A DNA stretch of 64,000 bases from assembly GCA_041665445.1 (NCBI GenBank), contig JBAYIV010000001.1, forward strand, positions 6,334 to 70,333. The letters run 5' to 3'. Under the pieces are notes generated by a model. The model had not been told where the DNA came from and did not search any database. It saw only the letters and a program-made list of their open reading frames with translations. Each line of letters opens with the position of its first letter. Within the stretch, counting starts at the first letter, position 1. The stretch is from Minisyncoccota bacterium. GTDB lineage: Bacteria; Patescibacteriota; Minisyncoccia; UBA6257; JAGOQP01. The position numbers and the translations under genes are program-made. Positions 1 through 8,826 of this stretch are shown here, piece by piece.

Positions 1-1
1 G

Positions 2-187
2 GCAAACTTTCTACCGCTCGGGACAACCTTCACCATTCCGCAACTCTATGGAGACAAAACGTTCACCGTTGAGGATCGCATGAATAAGAAATACGACGGT
101 ATGAATACCATTGACGTATGGTTCCCCAACACACAAAAAGCAATTAATTTTGGTCGCCGTGCTGTCGCTATTGTTGTCACAAAATAA
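2..187 (+). CDS. 3D-domain (MltA-like) cell-wall protein, C-terminal fragment; 5' end outside the window
   Basis: Manual translation ANFLPLGTTFTIPQLYGDKTFTVEDRMNKKYDGMNTIDVWFPNTQKAINFGRR shows the 3D-domain pattern (P-GT, VEDR, IDVW, A--FG). Not in the ORF track. Confidence 0.75.
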   Translation, partial: ANFLPLGTTFTIPQLYGDKTFTVEDRMNKKYDGMNTIDVWFPNTQKAINFGRRAVAIVVTK

Positions 188-298
188 CACGCCATGATGA
201 CCATGCTTTCTGCGCTTGTCACGCTCGGACAAACAATTATCGCCGCGACAATCGGCCGATGGCTGTAGAAAATGAGCGCGACGTTCTAACGGAACAGA

Positions 299-339
299 CT
301 ACATAAAAACCCCGGCATCTTGCCGGGGTTTTTATGTAG
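299..339. terminator. Bidirectional intrinsic terminator
   Basis: Perfect hairpin CTACATAAAAACCCCGGCA-TCT-TGCCGGGGTTTTTATGTAG between convergent genes. Confidence 0.85.
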
Positions 340-363
340 CGACAAACTCGTCGTTTTCTTTTC

Positions 364-2523
364 TTAGTGAACAGCACTGTGTGCGCCGTCGTGTGCATCG
401 CCGCCCAACGCCTTGATAGAAAGTCCAATGCGACCGTTCTCTTCAACGCGGATAATTTTTGCACGCACCCGATCGCCGACTTTCAGCACCTCAGACGGGC
501 TTTTTACAAAGCCATTCTTAATTTCAGATACATGCACCATCCCATCCTTGCCGCCGCCCAAATCAACGATGGCGCCCACTTCGAGCAGTTTGATGACGTC
601 TCCTTCAATAATTTCTCCCACCTCGTATTCGTGCGTGATATTGCGGATATAATCGATGGCAGTCGCGACGTGTTCGTGATCCGTTCCCGTTACAAACACC
701 TGTCCATTGTCGTCAATGTCGATTGAGATAAGACCGAATTTTTCAATCATGCCGTTAATAACTTTGCCGCCCGATCCAATAACGCCCCCTATTTGATAGG
801 GCTTAATGGACAGCGACATAATCAGCGGTGCAAACGGAGACAGTTTGGCGCGCGGCGCAGGAAGTTCTTTGGTAATAACGTCCAGTATTTCAAACCGCGC
901 TTTTTGCGCCTGCACCAGCGCACGAGAGAATATCTCCGCATCAATACCTTCGATTTTCACATCCATCTGAAGCGCGGTAATACCGTCGCGCGTGCCGGCA
1001 ACCTTGAGATCCATGTCGCCGTAATGATCTTCGGGGCCCTGAATGTCGGTAAATATTTTGTACTCACTGCGCGTGCTGGCAAGATCAATACCCTGCCACG
1101 TCATAAGCCCCATCGCGATACCCGCAACCGGTTTTTTAATCGGCACGCCCGCATCCATCAACGACAGCGTTGCCGCACAGGTTGTCGCCATTGACGACGA
1201 CCCATTCGACGAAAGCACCTCGGAAACCACGCGAATCGTATAGGGAAACTCTTCTTGCGTCGGGATCACGGTGCGCAACGCTTTTTCCGCCAGTGCCCCA
1301 TGGCCGATTTCGCGGCGCCCCGGCGTTCCCAAACGCTTCACTTCGCCGGTTGAATAGGGCGGAAAATTGTAGTGCAACATAAAGCGCCGCTTACTCAACC
1401 CCTCCATTGTTTCAACCATCTGCTCGGAACCGGGAGCCGCCAGCGTTGTTACCGCTAACGCCTGCGTCTGTCCGCGCATAAATAATCCCGATCCGTGCAA
1501 GCGGGGGAAAAGACCCACCGTTGCATACAGCGGACGGACCTGATCCAGTGCCCGACCATCAACCCGCTCTTCTTTTTCCAAGGCATGCTGGTGGACAATC
1601 TCATTGACGATTGCCTCCCACACATGTTCAATCATTTTCGGTTCATACGCTTTTTCAAGCGCCCAGGCAGAGAGTTCATCTTTAATCGCGCCCGTTTGAG
1701 TGTCACGATCCTGTTTGTCTTTCACAAAAAGTGCCTGCGTCAACGCGTCCCATATATGCGCGCGCACATCGGCAACCTCTGTCGCATCAAACCGCATCAT
1801 CGCTACCTCGGTTTTCGGTTTGCCAAGTTCGGAAGCAATTTTCTTTTGAAAGGCTACCAATTTTTGAATTTCCGCATGCGCCTGCGCAAAAGCATCCTGC
1901 ACGCTCTGCGTGCTGGCGTCCAGTCCACCCAACTCAATCATGTTAATTTTGTTTTCGGTACCGGAGAAGAACGCTTCAAATACTTTCTCTTTGCCCGTTG
2001 CGGCCACCACTTGGGCGTTGGTCGGATTAATCACGTGCTCTTTCCCATCGAACAACATCCGCACGCCCGCAATCGGACCGCGCCACGGAATGTTGGACAT
2101 GGCAAGCGCCATAGACGTGGTCAACAACGCCACAAAATCAGGGTCGTTTTCTTCGTCGTATGAAAGAACGGTTACCACAATCTGCACCTCGCGACGCAGA
2201 CGATCGTCAAAAAGCGGACGAATAGAGCGATCAATCATGCGCCCAGAAAGTACCGCCAAATCAGATGGCCGCCCTTCGCGGCGCACAAAACGACTCCCGA
2301 TGATTTTACCCGCGGCGTAGAATCGCTCTTCGTAATCAACTGACAGTGGGAAAAAATCGGACGGACGATCCTCCTTGCCCATCACCACCGTCACCAGCAC
2401 GTGCGTTTCGCCGTATTTTCCGATAACCGCCGCATTTGCCTGACCAGCAAGGTCGGACATCGTAAAAACCAAGTCGCGCCCGAAAAATGGAAGGGCGTAT
2501 TCCTTTTTGTTTGGTACGTTCAT
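364..2523 (-). CDS. pnp: Polyribonucleotide nucleotidyltransferase (PNPase)
   Basis: FFPLSVDYEER, RREGRP, RREIGHG, SNGSSSMA and GDMDLKVAG motifs plus C-terminal KH and S1 domains. Confidence 0.98.
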   Translation of the reverse strand: MNVPNKKEYALPFFGRDLVFTMSDLAGQANAAVIGKYGETHVLVTVVMGKEDRPSDFFPLSVDYEERFYAAGKIIGSRFVRREGRPSDLAVLSGRMIDRSIRPLFDDRLRREVQIVVTVLSYDEENDPDFVALLTTSMALAMSNIPWRGPIAGVRMLFDGKEHVINPTNAQVVAATGKEKVFEAFFSGTENKINMIELGGLDASTQSVQDAFAQAHAEIQKLVAFQKKIASELGKPKTEVAMMRFDATEVADVRAHIWDALTQALFVKDKQDRDTQTGAIKDELSAWALEKAYEPKMIEHVWEAIVNEIVHQHALEKEERVDGRALDQVRPLYATVGLFPRLHGSGLFMRGQTQALAVTTLAAPGSEQMVETMEGLSKRRFMLHYNFPPYSTGEVKRLGTPGRREIGHGALAEKALRTVIPTQEEFPYTIRVVSEVLSSNGSSSMATTCAATLSLMDAGVPIKKPVAGIAMGLMTWQGIDLASTRSEYKIFTDIQGPEDHYGDMDLKVAGTRDGITALQMDVKIEGIDAEIFSRALVQAQKARFEILDVITKELPAPRAKLSPFAPLIMSLSIKPYQIGGVIGSGGKVINGMIEKFGLISIDIDDNGQVFVTGTDHEHVATAIDYIRNITHEYEVGEIIEGDVIKLLEVGAIVDLGGGKDGMVHVSEIKNGFVKSPSEVLKVGDRVRAKIIRVEENGRIGLSIKALGGDAHDGAHSAVH

Positions 2524-2527
2524 ATCC

Positions 2528-3052
2528 CTATCGTGTTTGTTTTATATTCCCGCGACCGCGGATCAGCAATCGTGGGTGCTCTTCTAAATTGGTATACACG
2601 TCAACCGCCTCCTTCAAGCGCGCCGAACCGCTCCGCCCGAATGACGCCACTTCAACTTGGCGCCCCATGCCAAACTGCAGATATTCCACCAGCGGGATAA
2701 AATCACCGTCTCCCGTCACCAGAATAACGACATCAAGAAACGATGCCATGCGAATCGCATCAACCGCCATCCCCACATCCCAATCCGCTTTTTTGCTCCC
2801 ATCGGCAAAAATCTGCAAATCTTTCATGCGCAGTTCAATGCCGTTTTTTTCTAACACATCAAAAAACGACGCCTCGCCCAGCGAGCTGTCGCTTTTAACC
2901 ACATACCCGATGGAACGAATTAGCTTCCGGCGTCCCACTAATGTTTTTACCAGTTGCGGAAAATTAACCTTTGCCTGATAGAGGTGTTTTGCCGAATGAT
3001 AAATGTTCTGGATGTCGATAAACACCCCAACGCGCTGGTCTAGAAACTCCAT
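2528..3052 (-). CDS. NYN-domain (LabA/DUF88, PIN-fold) protein
   Basis: VFIDIQN, KADWDVGMAVD and LVTGDGDFIPL motifs. Confidence 0.92.
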   Translation of the reverse strand: MEFLDQRVGVFIDIQNIYHSAKHLYQAKVNFPQLVKTLVGRRKLIRSIGYVVKSDSSLGEASFFDVLEKNGIELRMKDLQIFADGSKKADWDVGMAVDAIRMASFLDVVILVTGDGDFIPLVEYLQFGMGRQVEVASFGRSGSARLKEAVDVYTNLEEHPRLLIRGRGNIKQTR

Positions 3053-3054
3053 TG

Positions 3055-3321
3055 TTATTTTTTGAGCCCAAGTTTTTTGATGAGTTTGCTGTAGGCGGTC
3101 TCATCGGTGCGTTGTAAAAACACCAAAAGCTTGCGGCGCATGGATACCATTTTTAAAAGCCCTCGCCGAGACGAGTTGTCCTTCGGATTTGCTTTTAAAT
3201 GCTTGGTCAGCTCCTCAATTTGACGCGATAAAAGACCGATCTGGACCGGTGCGGAACCCGTATCGGTATCGTGTGCGCGGACCTCTTTGATAACATTTTG
3301 TTTCTTTCGTGGTGTAAGCAT
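3055..3321 (-). CDS. rpsO: 30S ribosomal protein S15
   Basis: HDTDTGSAPVQI...HLK..PKD..SRRGLLKMV; 88 aa. Confidence 0.98.
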   Translation of the reverse strand: MLTPRKKQNVIKEVRAHDTDTGSAPVQIGLLSRQIEELTKHLKANPKDNSSRRGLLKMVSMRRKLLVFLQRTDETAYSKLIKKLGLKK

Positions 3322-3329
3322 TGCTTCGC

Positions 3330-3358
3330 ACTATACGCCGTTTGCGGTTTAAAGTCAA
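3330..3358 (-). promoter_or_regulatory. Sigma70 promoter of rpsO, near-leaderless
   Basis: TTGACT-17 bp-TATAGT ending 8 nt before the ATG; no SD. Confidence 0.8.
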
Positions 3359-3393
3359 CGCGCACCTGTTGCGCTCACTGGCGCAAAAAGCCG

Positions 3394-3426
3394 AAAAAAA
3401 CGGCCGCCTCCCGAAAGAGGCGACCG
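3394..3426 (-). terminator. Intrinsic terminator after the 125-aa orphan gene
   Basis: CGGTCGCCTC...GAGGCGGCCG followed by T7 on the minus strand. Confidence 0.7.
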
Positions 3427-3435
3427 AAGAACGTG

Positions 3436-3813
3436 CTACAACCGCAAAAATTCAGACTTTGGCCGACCTTCCTCGGCAAGATGCGGATACCAGAGACCGC
3501 AAATGATATCTGCCAGAACAACGATTGAGACCGAGCATCCTTCAATAAGCAGGATGCCGTCGTCTGCCGATACACTCGCCAACGCCCCGGGACATTCGCG
3601 ATTAATCTTCCAAACCAAGGGGTCAAGATCAACCCCTCGGGCGGTGAGCCAATCGGAAACGCGCCGCATAATCGCCGGCCGTCTTCCGCCGCGGCACGCC
3701 GCGCATGCGTCGGGCGACACTGATGCACCTGGCTCGTGTTGGCCGAAGGGATAGTTGAGGGCTAGCTCAAGCAAATCATTCACAACCTCAAACTTTGTCC
3801 TTCCGTCATCCAT
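3436..3813 (-). CDS. Hypothetical protein (125 aa)
   Basis: Strong SD (GGGAGGT) before the ATG and its own terminator; no family recognised. Confidence 0.6.
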   Translation of the reverse strand: MDDGRTKFEVVNDLLELALNYPFGQHEPGASVSPDACAACRGGRRPAIMRRVSDWLTARGVDLDPLVWKINRECPGALASVSADDGILLIEGCSVSIVVLADIICGLWYPHLAEEGRPKSEFLRL

Positions 3814-3934
3814 AGCGCCACCTCCCTTTCAATAAACGCCATCCGCAAAAATCCTCCGACAAAGAACGAAAAACAGCACACTGCCGTCGTAAGCAAACAA
3901 AACCGTTATAGTACATAGCACGGAACAAGAGGCC

Positions 3935-3963
3935 GGTCAAGAAAAAGCCCGCATAATGCGGGC
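3935..3963 (-). terminator. Terminator hairpin, copy 1 of a duplicated element
   Basis: GCCCGCA-TTA-TGCGGGC-TTTTTCTTGACC on the minus strand. Confidence 0.7.
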
Positions 3964-3986
3964 ACGGTATCGGGTGGCACGAGCGC

Positions 3987-4250
3987 TTACCCGAAAACCG
4001 GATGTGGCTCCCACGCTTCGATGGTTTGATCAATAAAACGGAAGAGCATTTCCATCCCTTCGTCGGTTTCAACCAAATCGAGGGGGCGCATGCCGCCTAA
4101 TCCGATATATCGAGTCCGGGCAAATTTAGAAAAACCCTCGTCATCGAGCAATCCCCCAATGCGTTCCCGAAGAGAGTCAATCGTCTTCTGCCAGCAAGCC
4201 AATTTTTTTTCAAGGCGCGTATCCATCTTCACATTCGCGATTGCGTCCAT
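3987..4250 (-). CDS. Xre/MbcA/ParS antitoxin C-terminal-domain-like (DUF2384) protein
   Basis: GLGGMRPLDLVETDEGMEMLFRFI fits the LGG-x2-PLDL-x2-T-x2-G pattern; SD AAGGAGG. Confidence 0.65.
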   Translation of the reverse strand: MDAIANVKMDTRLEKKLACWQKTIDSLRERIGGLLDDEGFSKFARTRYIGLGGMRPLDLVETDEGMEMLFRFIDQTIEAWEPHPVFG

Positions 4251-4364
4251 CGTCTCCTCCTTAAGATAACCGCCTCAAAAACAAGCGTGCTGTGCTGAGT
4301 ATGTTCCCGCAGAAAATAAAAATCAACCACCAAAAACAATCACACGACCCGCAAGCACCACACT

Positions 4365-4394
4365 GGTCAAAGAAAAAGCCCGCATGGTGCGGGC
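4365..4394 (-). terminator. Terminator hairpin, copy 2 of a duplicated element
   Basis: GCCCGCA-CCA-TGCGGGC-TTTTTCTTTGACC on the minus strand. Confidence 0.7.
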
Positions 4395-4428
4395 TGGTTG
4401 TACGAGACACCGGATGAAGAGCGAGCAA

Positions 4429-4650
4429 TTACGACATTTCGCCGGCTTTACTTCCCTTAACAAAGTCCAAGACTCTGTGGAGTCCGGCTTTGCCGTTGGT
4501 CTCCAGATAGTCCAGGGGGGATAAGCCGTCCAAGCCGGCCTGCTTGGTTTTCATGAAGTCCCAGAACTTCTTCTCGCTATTACCCAGAGCGCTTCCGACG
4601 GCCTCGCGAACCTTAATGATGGCCTTATACAAATCGATTTTCTTCCCCAT
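4429..4650 (-). CDS. Xre/MbcA/ParS antitoxin C-terminal-domain-like (DUF2384) protein (73 aa)
   Basis: Start reassigned to ATG 4650 after SD AAGGAGGT; FMKTKQAGLDGLSPLDYLETNGKAGLHRVLDFV. Confidence 0.65.
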   Translation of the reverse strand: MGKKIDLYKAIIKVREAVGSALGNSEKKFWDFMKTKQAGLDGLSPLDYLETNGKAGLHRVLDFVKGSKAGEMS

Positions 4651-4857
4651 CGGAACCTCCTTTGTGAGCAGCACCAGCGCTGCGTTCTGCACATACTCAA
4701 ACACATCAATGATGTTTTTGCAATACCAATGTGTCGCACAATATTTTGTGGTACAATGGAAATGCACCATAAAAAATGAAGGGAGTGAGATCGGTTGTTT
4801 TTTCCCATCTTTCCATCTTTCCATCTTTAATTTTTTATATTTGATTTTTGCATTTTC

Positions 4858-5769
4858 ATGTCCGCCATACAATCCCATCTCAAAGACTATCTGGACTATC
4901 TGGAAATAGAAAAAAACCGATCCCCCAAAACTGTGGACAACTATCGGCGGTATCTTGAGGCATTTATTACCGAAGAAAAAATTGCATCAGTGAGCAACCT
5001 CACCAACGATGCCATTCGGCGTTTTCGCATCACGCTCTCGCGCAAAATCGTCGACGGCCAGCCGCTTAAAAAAATCACCCAGAACTACTACGTAATCGCG
5101 ATACGCAATTTTCTCAAATTCCTCATCAAGCGCAACATCACACCTCCGGTTCTTCCGGACCAAATTGAGCTCCCCAAAATCCCCCAACGGCAGATTGATA
5201 TCATGGACTACGCTGACCTGGAACGATTTTTGTCGGGTCCGTCGGGCGATTCTCTGCGCGCGCTGCGCGACCGCGCGCTTTTGGAAACATTGTTTTCCAC
5301 CGGCCTGCGCGTCTCCGAACTCTGTTCGCTATCGCGCTACATTGATCTGGAGCGGGGTGAAACAACAATCCGCGGCAAAGGAAGTAAGTTGCGCGTCATC
5401 TTTTTTTCCGATCGCGCCACGACCGCCGTGCGCGCCTATTTGGATAAGCGCGGTGATGCCGAAGAAGCACTCTTCGTCAGTCTATCAAAAGCAAAAAATC
5501 CCAAGGTCATCGGCCCCATCATTCCCCGCACCGTCCAGCGGCTGGTGCAACTCTATGCCCACAAAGCCGGCATCCTGGGCACGGTAACGCCCCATCAATT
5601 GCGCCATCAGTTTGCCACCGACCTGCTCATGAACGGCGCCGACATCCGTTCGGTCCAGGCGCTCTTGGGACACGCCAACATTTCAACCACGCAGATGTAT
5701 ACCCACGTCACCAACCGCGAACTTAAAAATATCCACGACGCATTCCACGGCAAGCGCCGCGCAAAATAA
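4858..5769 (+). CDS. Tyrosine recombinase, XerC/XerD family
   Basis: N-terminal SAM-like domain, STGLRVSEL, RGKGSK, HQLRH and LLGHANISTTQMY (R-K-H-R-H-Y catalytic set). Confidence 0.95.
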   Translation: MSAIQSHLKDYLDYLEIEKNRSPKTVDNYRRYLEAFITEEKIASVSNLTNDAIRRFRITLSRKIVDGQPLKKITQNYYVIAIRNFLKFLIKRNITPPVLPDQIELPKIPQRQIDIMDYADLERFLSGPSGDSLRALRDRALLETLFSTGLRVSELCSLSRYIDLERGETTIRGKGSKLRVIFFSDRATTAVRAYLDKRGDAEEALFVSLSKAKNPKVIGPIIPRTVQRLVQLYAHKAGILGTVTPHQLRHQFATDLLMNGADIRSVQALLGHANISTTQMYTHVTNRELKNIHDAFHGKRRAK

Positions 5770-5800
5770 AACCCGTCATGCACACACCATGCACAACGGG

Positions 5801-6109
5801 TCATTCCTTCAGGCGCGCGCTTCTTTTGAGAAGAAACATCGCACCCACTATGGACGAGAGGAATCCGCGCTCCGCCGCGTACGCGCTGTAATCAATCACC
5901 GCCGCGTACGCCCCTGCGGAGAGAAACCGCCCCGCGTTCCACTCATAGAATATGAGCGAGAGCCACACGGCGGCGACAAACGCTTCTGGCGAATCAAGTC
6001 GCTTGAGCTGATCCGTCAGAAAACATTCGTCTTCCTCCCATCCGGGCCGCCGGCAATACACGCGAAGCCCTCGCTCCATTACCGGCGCCACATCAGCGGC
6101 GGGGCACAC
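5801..6109 (-). CDS. Hypothetical protein (102 aa), probable paralog of 6093-6437
   Basis: GTG at 6109 preceded by GGGAGGT; shares GLR-x4-RP-x2-EE with the upstream gene. Confidence 0.55.
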   Translation of the reverse strand: MCPAADVAPVMERGLRVYCRRPGWEEDECFLTDQLKRLDSPEAFVAAVWLSLIFYEWNAGRFLSAGAYAAVIDYSAYAAERGFLSSIVGAMFLLKRSARLKE

Positions 6110-6437
6110 GATTACCTCCCATCTGCTTGAGCACTTCCCACATGCTCGTTTCGACGATGGCACGCGCCGATCCCTTTTTGGCCACGCTGTCGCCGTGGGC
6201 CGGATCAATCGCATACTCAATCATCGCGTGCCGCGACTGGCTGGTCAAAACATCCGGTGCGCACGACAGGTACAAAAAGGAAATTTCTTTCTCCTCCTCG
6301 GTAAGATGCTTATTGCCAAGGATGAGCGCCAATCCCTCTTGCGCCTCTTCATGTTCCGGACGATGCGCCATAAGCCGAAGCCCCAACTGATGGATCGCAA
6401 AAAGGCGAAACACGAGATTGTTGCCACTTCCATCCAT
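6093..6437 (-). CDS. Hypothetical protein (114 aa)
   Basis: SD GAGGTG; upstream promoter TTGACT-17-CATAAT. Confidence 0.6.
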   Translation of the reverse strand: MDGSGNNLVFRLFAIHQLGLRLMAHRPEHEEAQEGLALILGNKHLTEEEKEISFLYLSCAPDVLTSQSRHAMIEYAIDPAHGDSVAKKGSARAIVETSMWEVLKQMGGNRVPRR

Positions 6438-6541
6438 ACGTCACCTCTCTTTCTTTTTTTGGTTTATGTCACAATGAGCCAAATCTATTATGCAATTTTT
6501 TAAGCAGATAGTCAAACTTTACATTACTACTACCACCACCA

Positions 6542-6575
6542 AAAACTCCCTTCGCCGATTGGCGAGGGGAGTTTT
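6542..6575. terminator. Intrinsic terminator of the surface-protein gene
   Basis: AAAACTCCCTTCGCC-GATT-GGCGAGGGGAGTTTT. Confidence 0.8.
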
Positions 6576-6597
6576 AAATATCGTCGAAAAGTAAATC

Positions 6598-8565
6598 CTA
6601 GTGCATCGCCTGCAATTGAGCCACGAGCATCGCGACTAATTGTTGGAGCAATTGCACCAACACTCCCTGCAATTCAACAATCTTGGCTCTCACCTGCTCG
6701 GTGGTCATCGTGCCGCCAGTCGTGGTTGTTCCCGTGCTGGTTGCCGTCGTGGTCGTCGTAGACGGAGCGGTGTTGGACACCGTTACCGTAATGCCGGCGG
6801 CCGGCGTTTCGCGATTACCCACCCAATCGGACGCGCGCGTCTGAACGGTATAGGTTCCGGCGGTCGGGTTTGTCCAGTTGTACGTCCATGTGACGTTGGT
6901 TCCGGTATCTCCCGCATTTACATTCGCCGAATGCCATGATGTTCCCCCATCGGTGCTCACCTCAACCATCTGGATTGACGATCCGCCCGTATCCTGCGCC
7001 GTACCGCTAATAGTAACGATTGGCGCAACCATCACGGTCGAATTGGTCGCTGGTGATGTGATAAACGATGTTGGTGCCGTCATATCGTGCGGGCCCGATG
7101 ATGATGAAGGCGCCACACACGAAGGACTTGGGTCAGAAACCAATGACACGATTGAATCTCCCGCCTTGCCCAGCATTGCGCCAAAGTAGTAGCGCGTGCT
7201 CGGGTTAAGGCCGGTCACTAATTGCTGAACACTTGAACCCTGCGCCGAAGCCGGCGCCCATGTCTGTGTATAGGTCGTTGGTCCAGCTCCCCAGTTACCA
7301 TCGGTAATTGCCGAAGCATAGGTCTTAACCACATAGCCGGTAAAGAGTCCCGACGTGGTCTGTGCTGTTTCCGTCCAGCGGACCCACACTGCACCCGCCT
7401 GTCCGGACGACTCACAGGTCATGTTAGCAATCTTGTTCTTGGCGATAATAACCGTATCGGTTCCCACCTTGGTGTTTCCCGTGGCGGTCACCGTAATAGG
7501 TGAACCATCAGTATCTAATTGAATATTCCCCGACCACACACCCGCATTCCCCGTAAACGATGCTTGAGCGATGGAAGCCGGATAAACCAACCCCGCGCTC
7601 GCCGTTAACGCAACCGCGCCAGCTCCATAGCCCAATGTCGTTGCATTGTTATAGACATCTTCTCCAGTAATTGTCGTTGCCACCAAAGCGCCCGTGACAC
7701 TTGATGCGGGTGTGATAACAACCGCGAAGTGATCAAGCACGTCTGGTGTAACGGTAATGGCCGACTGCGTTCCGGTGATTGTTCCTGTAATCGTATCAGT
7801 CGCCGTCACCGTCCGCTCTCCGGCGGTCTTGAGAATAAATCCATTCGCAAATGTGCGCGACCCATTGTCTCCTCCCACAAACGTATAATCAATTCCTCCC
7901 TGCAAAACAGCAGCCGGGTCATTTGAGGTAAAGTGAACCGTTCCCGTATAACCAGTAGCGGTGTTACCAAATTGATCAAGTGCCGTAACGTTTCCTCCCA
8001 CGCTCGTTCCGGCAACCACTGGGTCAGTGATGCCAGAAACGCTCAGGGTCGCGGCAGTGCCCGGAATTTGCGTCAACGTTCCAAAGTTCGTTGCGCCCGT
8101 AATTCCCGTAATCGTGCCGGACGTCATGAGGATATTCCCCGGAGCGTGTATCGGCGTGCCGGCGGCCACCTTTGCTTTTATCGCCGTCACACCTCCGATT
8201 GTCATCGTCCCCGCAACAGAAGATACATTACCGATCGTGATGGTCAGTGTGGTCGGCGCAACGGTCGCCGTTGCACTTCCCGCCAAACCAGCGCCGGTAT
8301 ACACCACATCCGGTGTTGAGCCGGTATCAAAGGTAAAACCAGCCGGTGCCGTAAGCACAATAGATCCCACCGCAATATCGCCGGCGGCTCCTTCAGTAAC
8401 GACGATGTTGGGCAGGGTAGCCGATGTGCCCGTCAAACTATCGGAACTCACATTGGCGGTCGCCGGCGTGCTAACGGAGGCGGCGGCAAATGCCTGCGGG
8501 GCCAACCCGATCGTTGCACCCAGCGCCAAAAGTCCGATTAAAAATACATACGCTGTTTTTTTCAT
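6598..8565 (-). CDS. Secreted surface protein with Ig-like/FN3 domains and a C-terminal coiled coil
   Basis: Signal peptide (MKK..AFA), T/G/A-rich beta repeats, FN3-like VTGLNPSTRYYF, Big-like ISGTAQD...VEVSTDGG..W...RASDWVGN. Confidence 0.85.
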   Translation of the reverse strand: MKKTAYVFLIGLLALGATIGLAPQAFAAASVSTPATANVSSDSLTGTSATLPNIVVTEGAAGDIAVGSIVLTAPAGFTFDTGSTPDVVYTGAGLAGSATATVAPTTLTITIGNVSSVAGTMTIGGVTAIKAKVAAGTPIHAPGNILMTSGTITGITGATNFGTLTQIPGTAATLSVSGITDPVVAGTSVGGNVTALDQFGNTATGYTGTVHFTSNDPAAVLQGGIDYTFVGGDNGSRTFANGFILKTAGERTVTATDTITGTITGTQSAITVTPDVLDHFAVVITPASSVTGALVATTITGEDVYNNATTLGYGAGAVALTASAGLVYPASIAQASFTGNAGVWSGNIQLDTDGSPITVTATGNTKVGTDTVIIAKNKIANMTCESSGQAGAVWVRWTETAQTTSGLFTGYVVKTYASAITDGNWGAGPTTYTQTWAPASAQGSSVQQLVTGLNPSTRYYFGAMLGKAGDSIVSLVSDPSPSCVAPSSSSGPHDMTAPTSFITSPATNSTVMVAPIVTISGTAQDTGGSSIQMVEVSTDGGTSWHSANVNAGDTGTNVTWTYNWTNPTAGTYTVQTRASDWVGNRETPAAGITVTVSNTAPSTTTTTATSTGTTTTGGTMTTEQVRAKIVELQGVLVQLLQQLVAMLVAQLQAMH

Positions 8566-8763
8566 TTTTTTATTTTACTTACTATTAAAAAATATTTATA
8601 GAAACATTCGCCTAATAACTTCCACCACAATACACGAAAATATCGACCCACTCGTGATGTTTGCTTCAGTATACACTAACCCCAAAAAGCAAGCAATTTA
8701 AAAACTGTGCATAAGGCATCTGGGGAGAAAATGAGGTGGCGTTAAAATCCGCGCGCCTCTGCA

Positions 8764-8799
8764 AAACTAAAAACCGCCCTTGCGGGCGGTTTTTAGTTT
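8764..8799. terminator. Intrinsic terminator of the S-layer-like gene
   Basis: AAACTAAAAACCGCCC-TTGC-GGGCGGTTTTTAGTTT. Confidence 0.85.
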
Positions 8800-8826
8800 G
8801 TACGTGCTTACAAAAGCACGACAACA

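Noticed and set aside
3945-4757. dif site (CGCATAATG at about 3950; palindrome at about 4732-4755)
   Set aside because: No XerD arm in the first case and a 4-bp rather than 6-bp centre in the second; the window is origin-proximal.
3436-5769. Classical integron (IntI plus attC cassettes)
   Set aside because: The recombinase shows no evident IntI-specific insertion, and the hairpins have U-tracts and no RYYYAAC/GTTRRRY ends. Kept only as a cassette-like observation.
6093-6095. TGA readthrough (code 25) or a frameshift joining 6437 and 5801
   Set aside because: Readthrough gives no sensible extension, TGA ends conserved genes such as pcrA, and the second ORF has its own SD and GTG and is a paralog.
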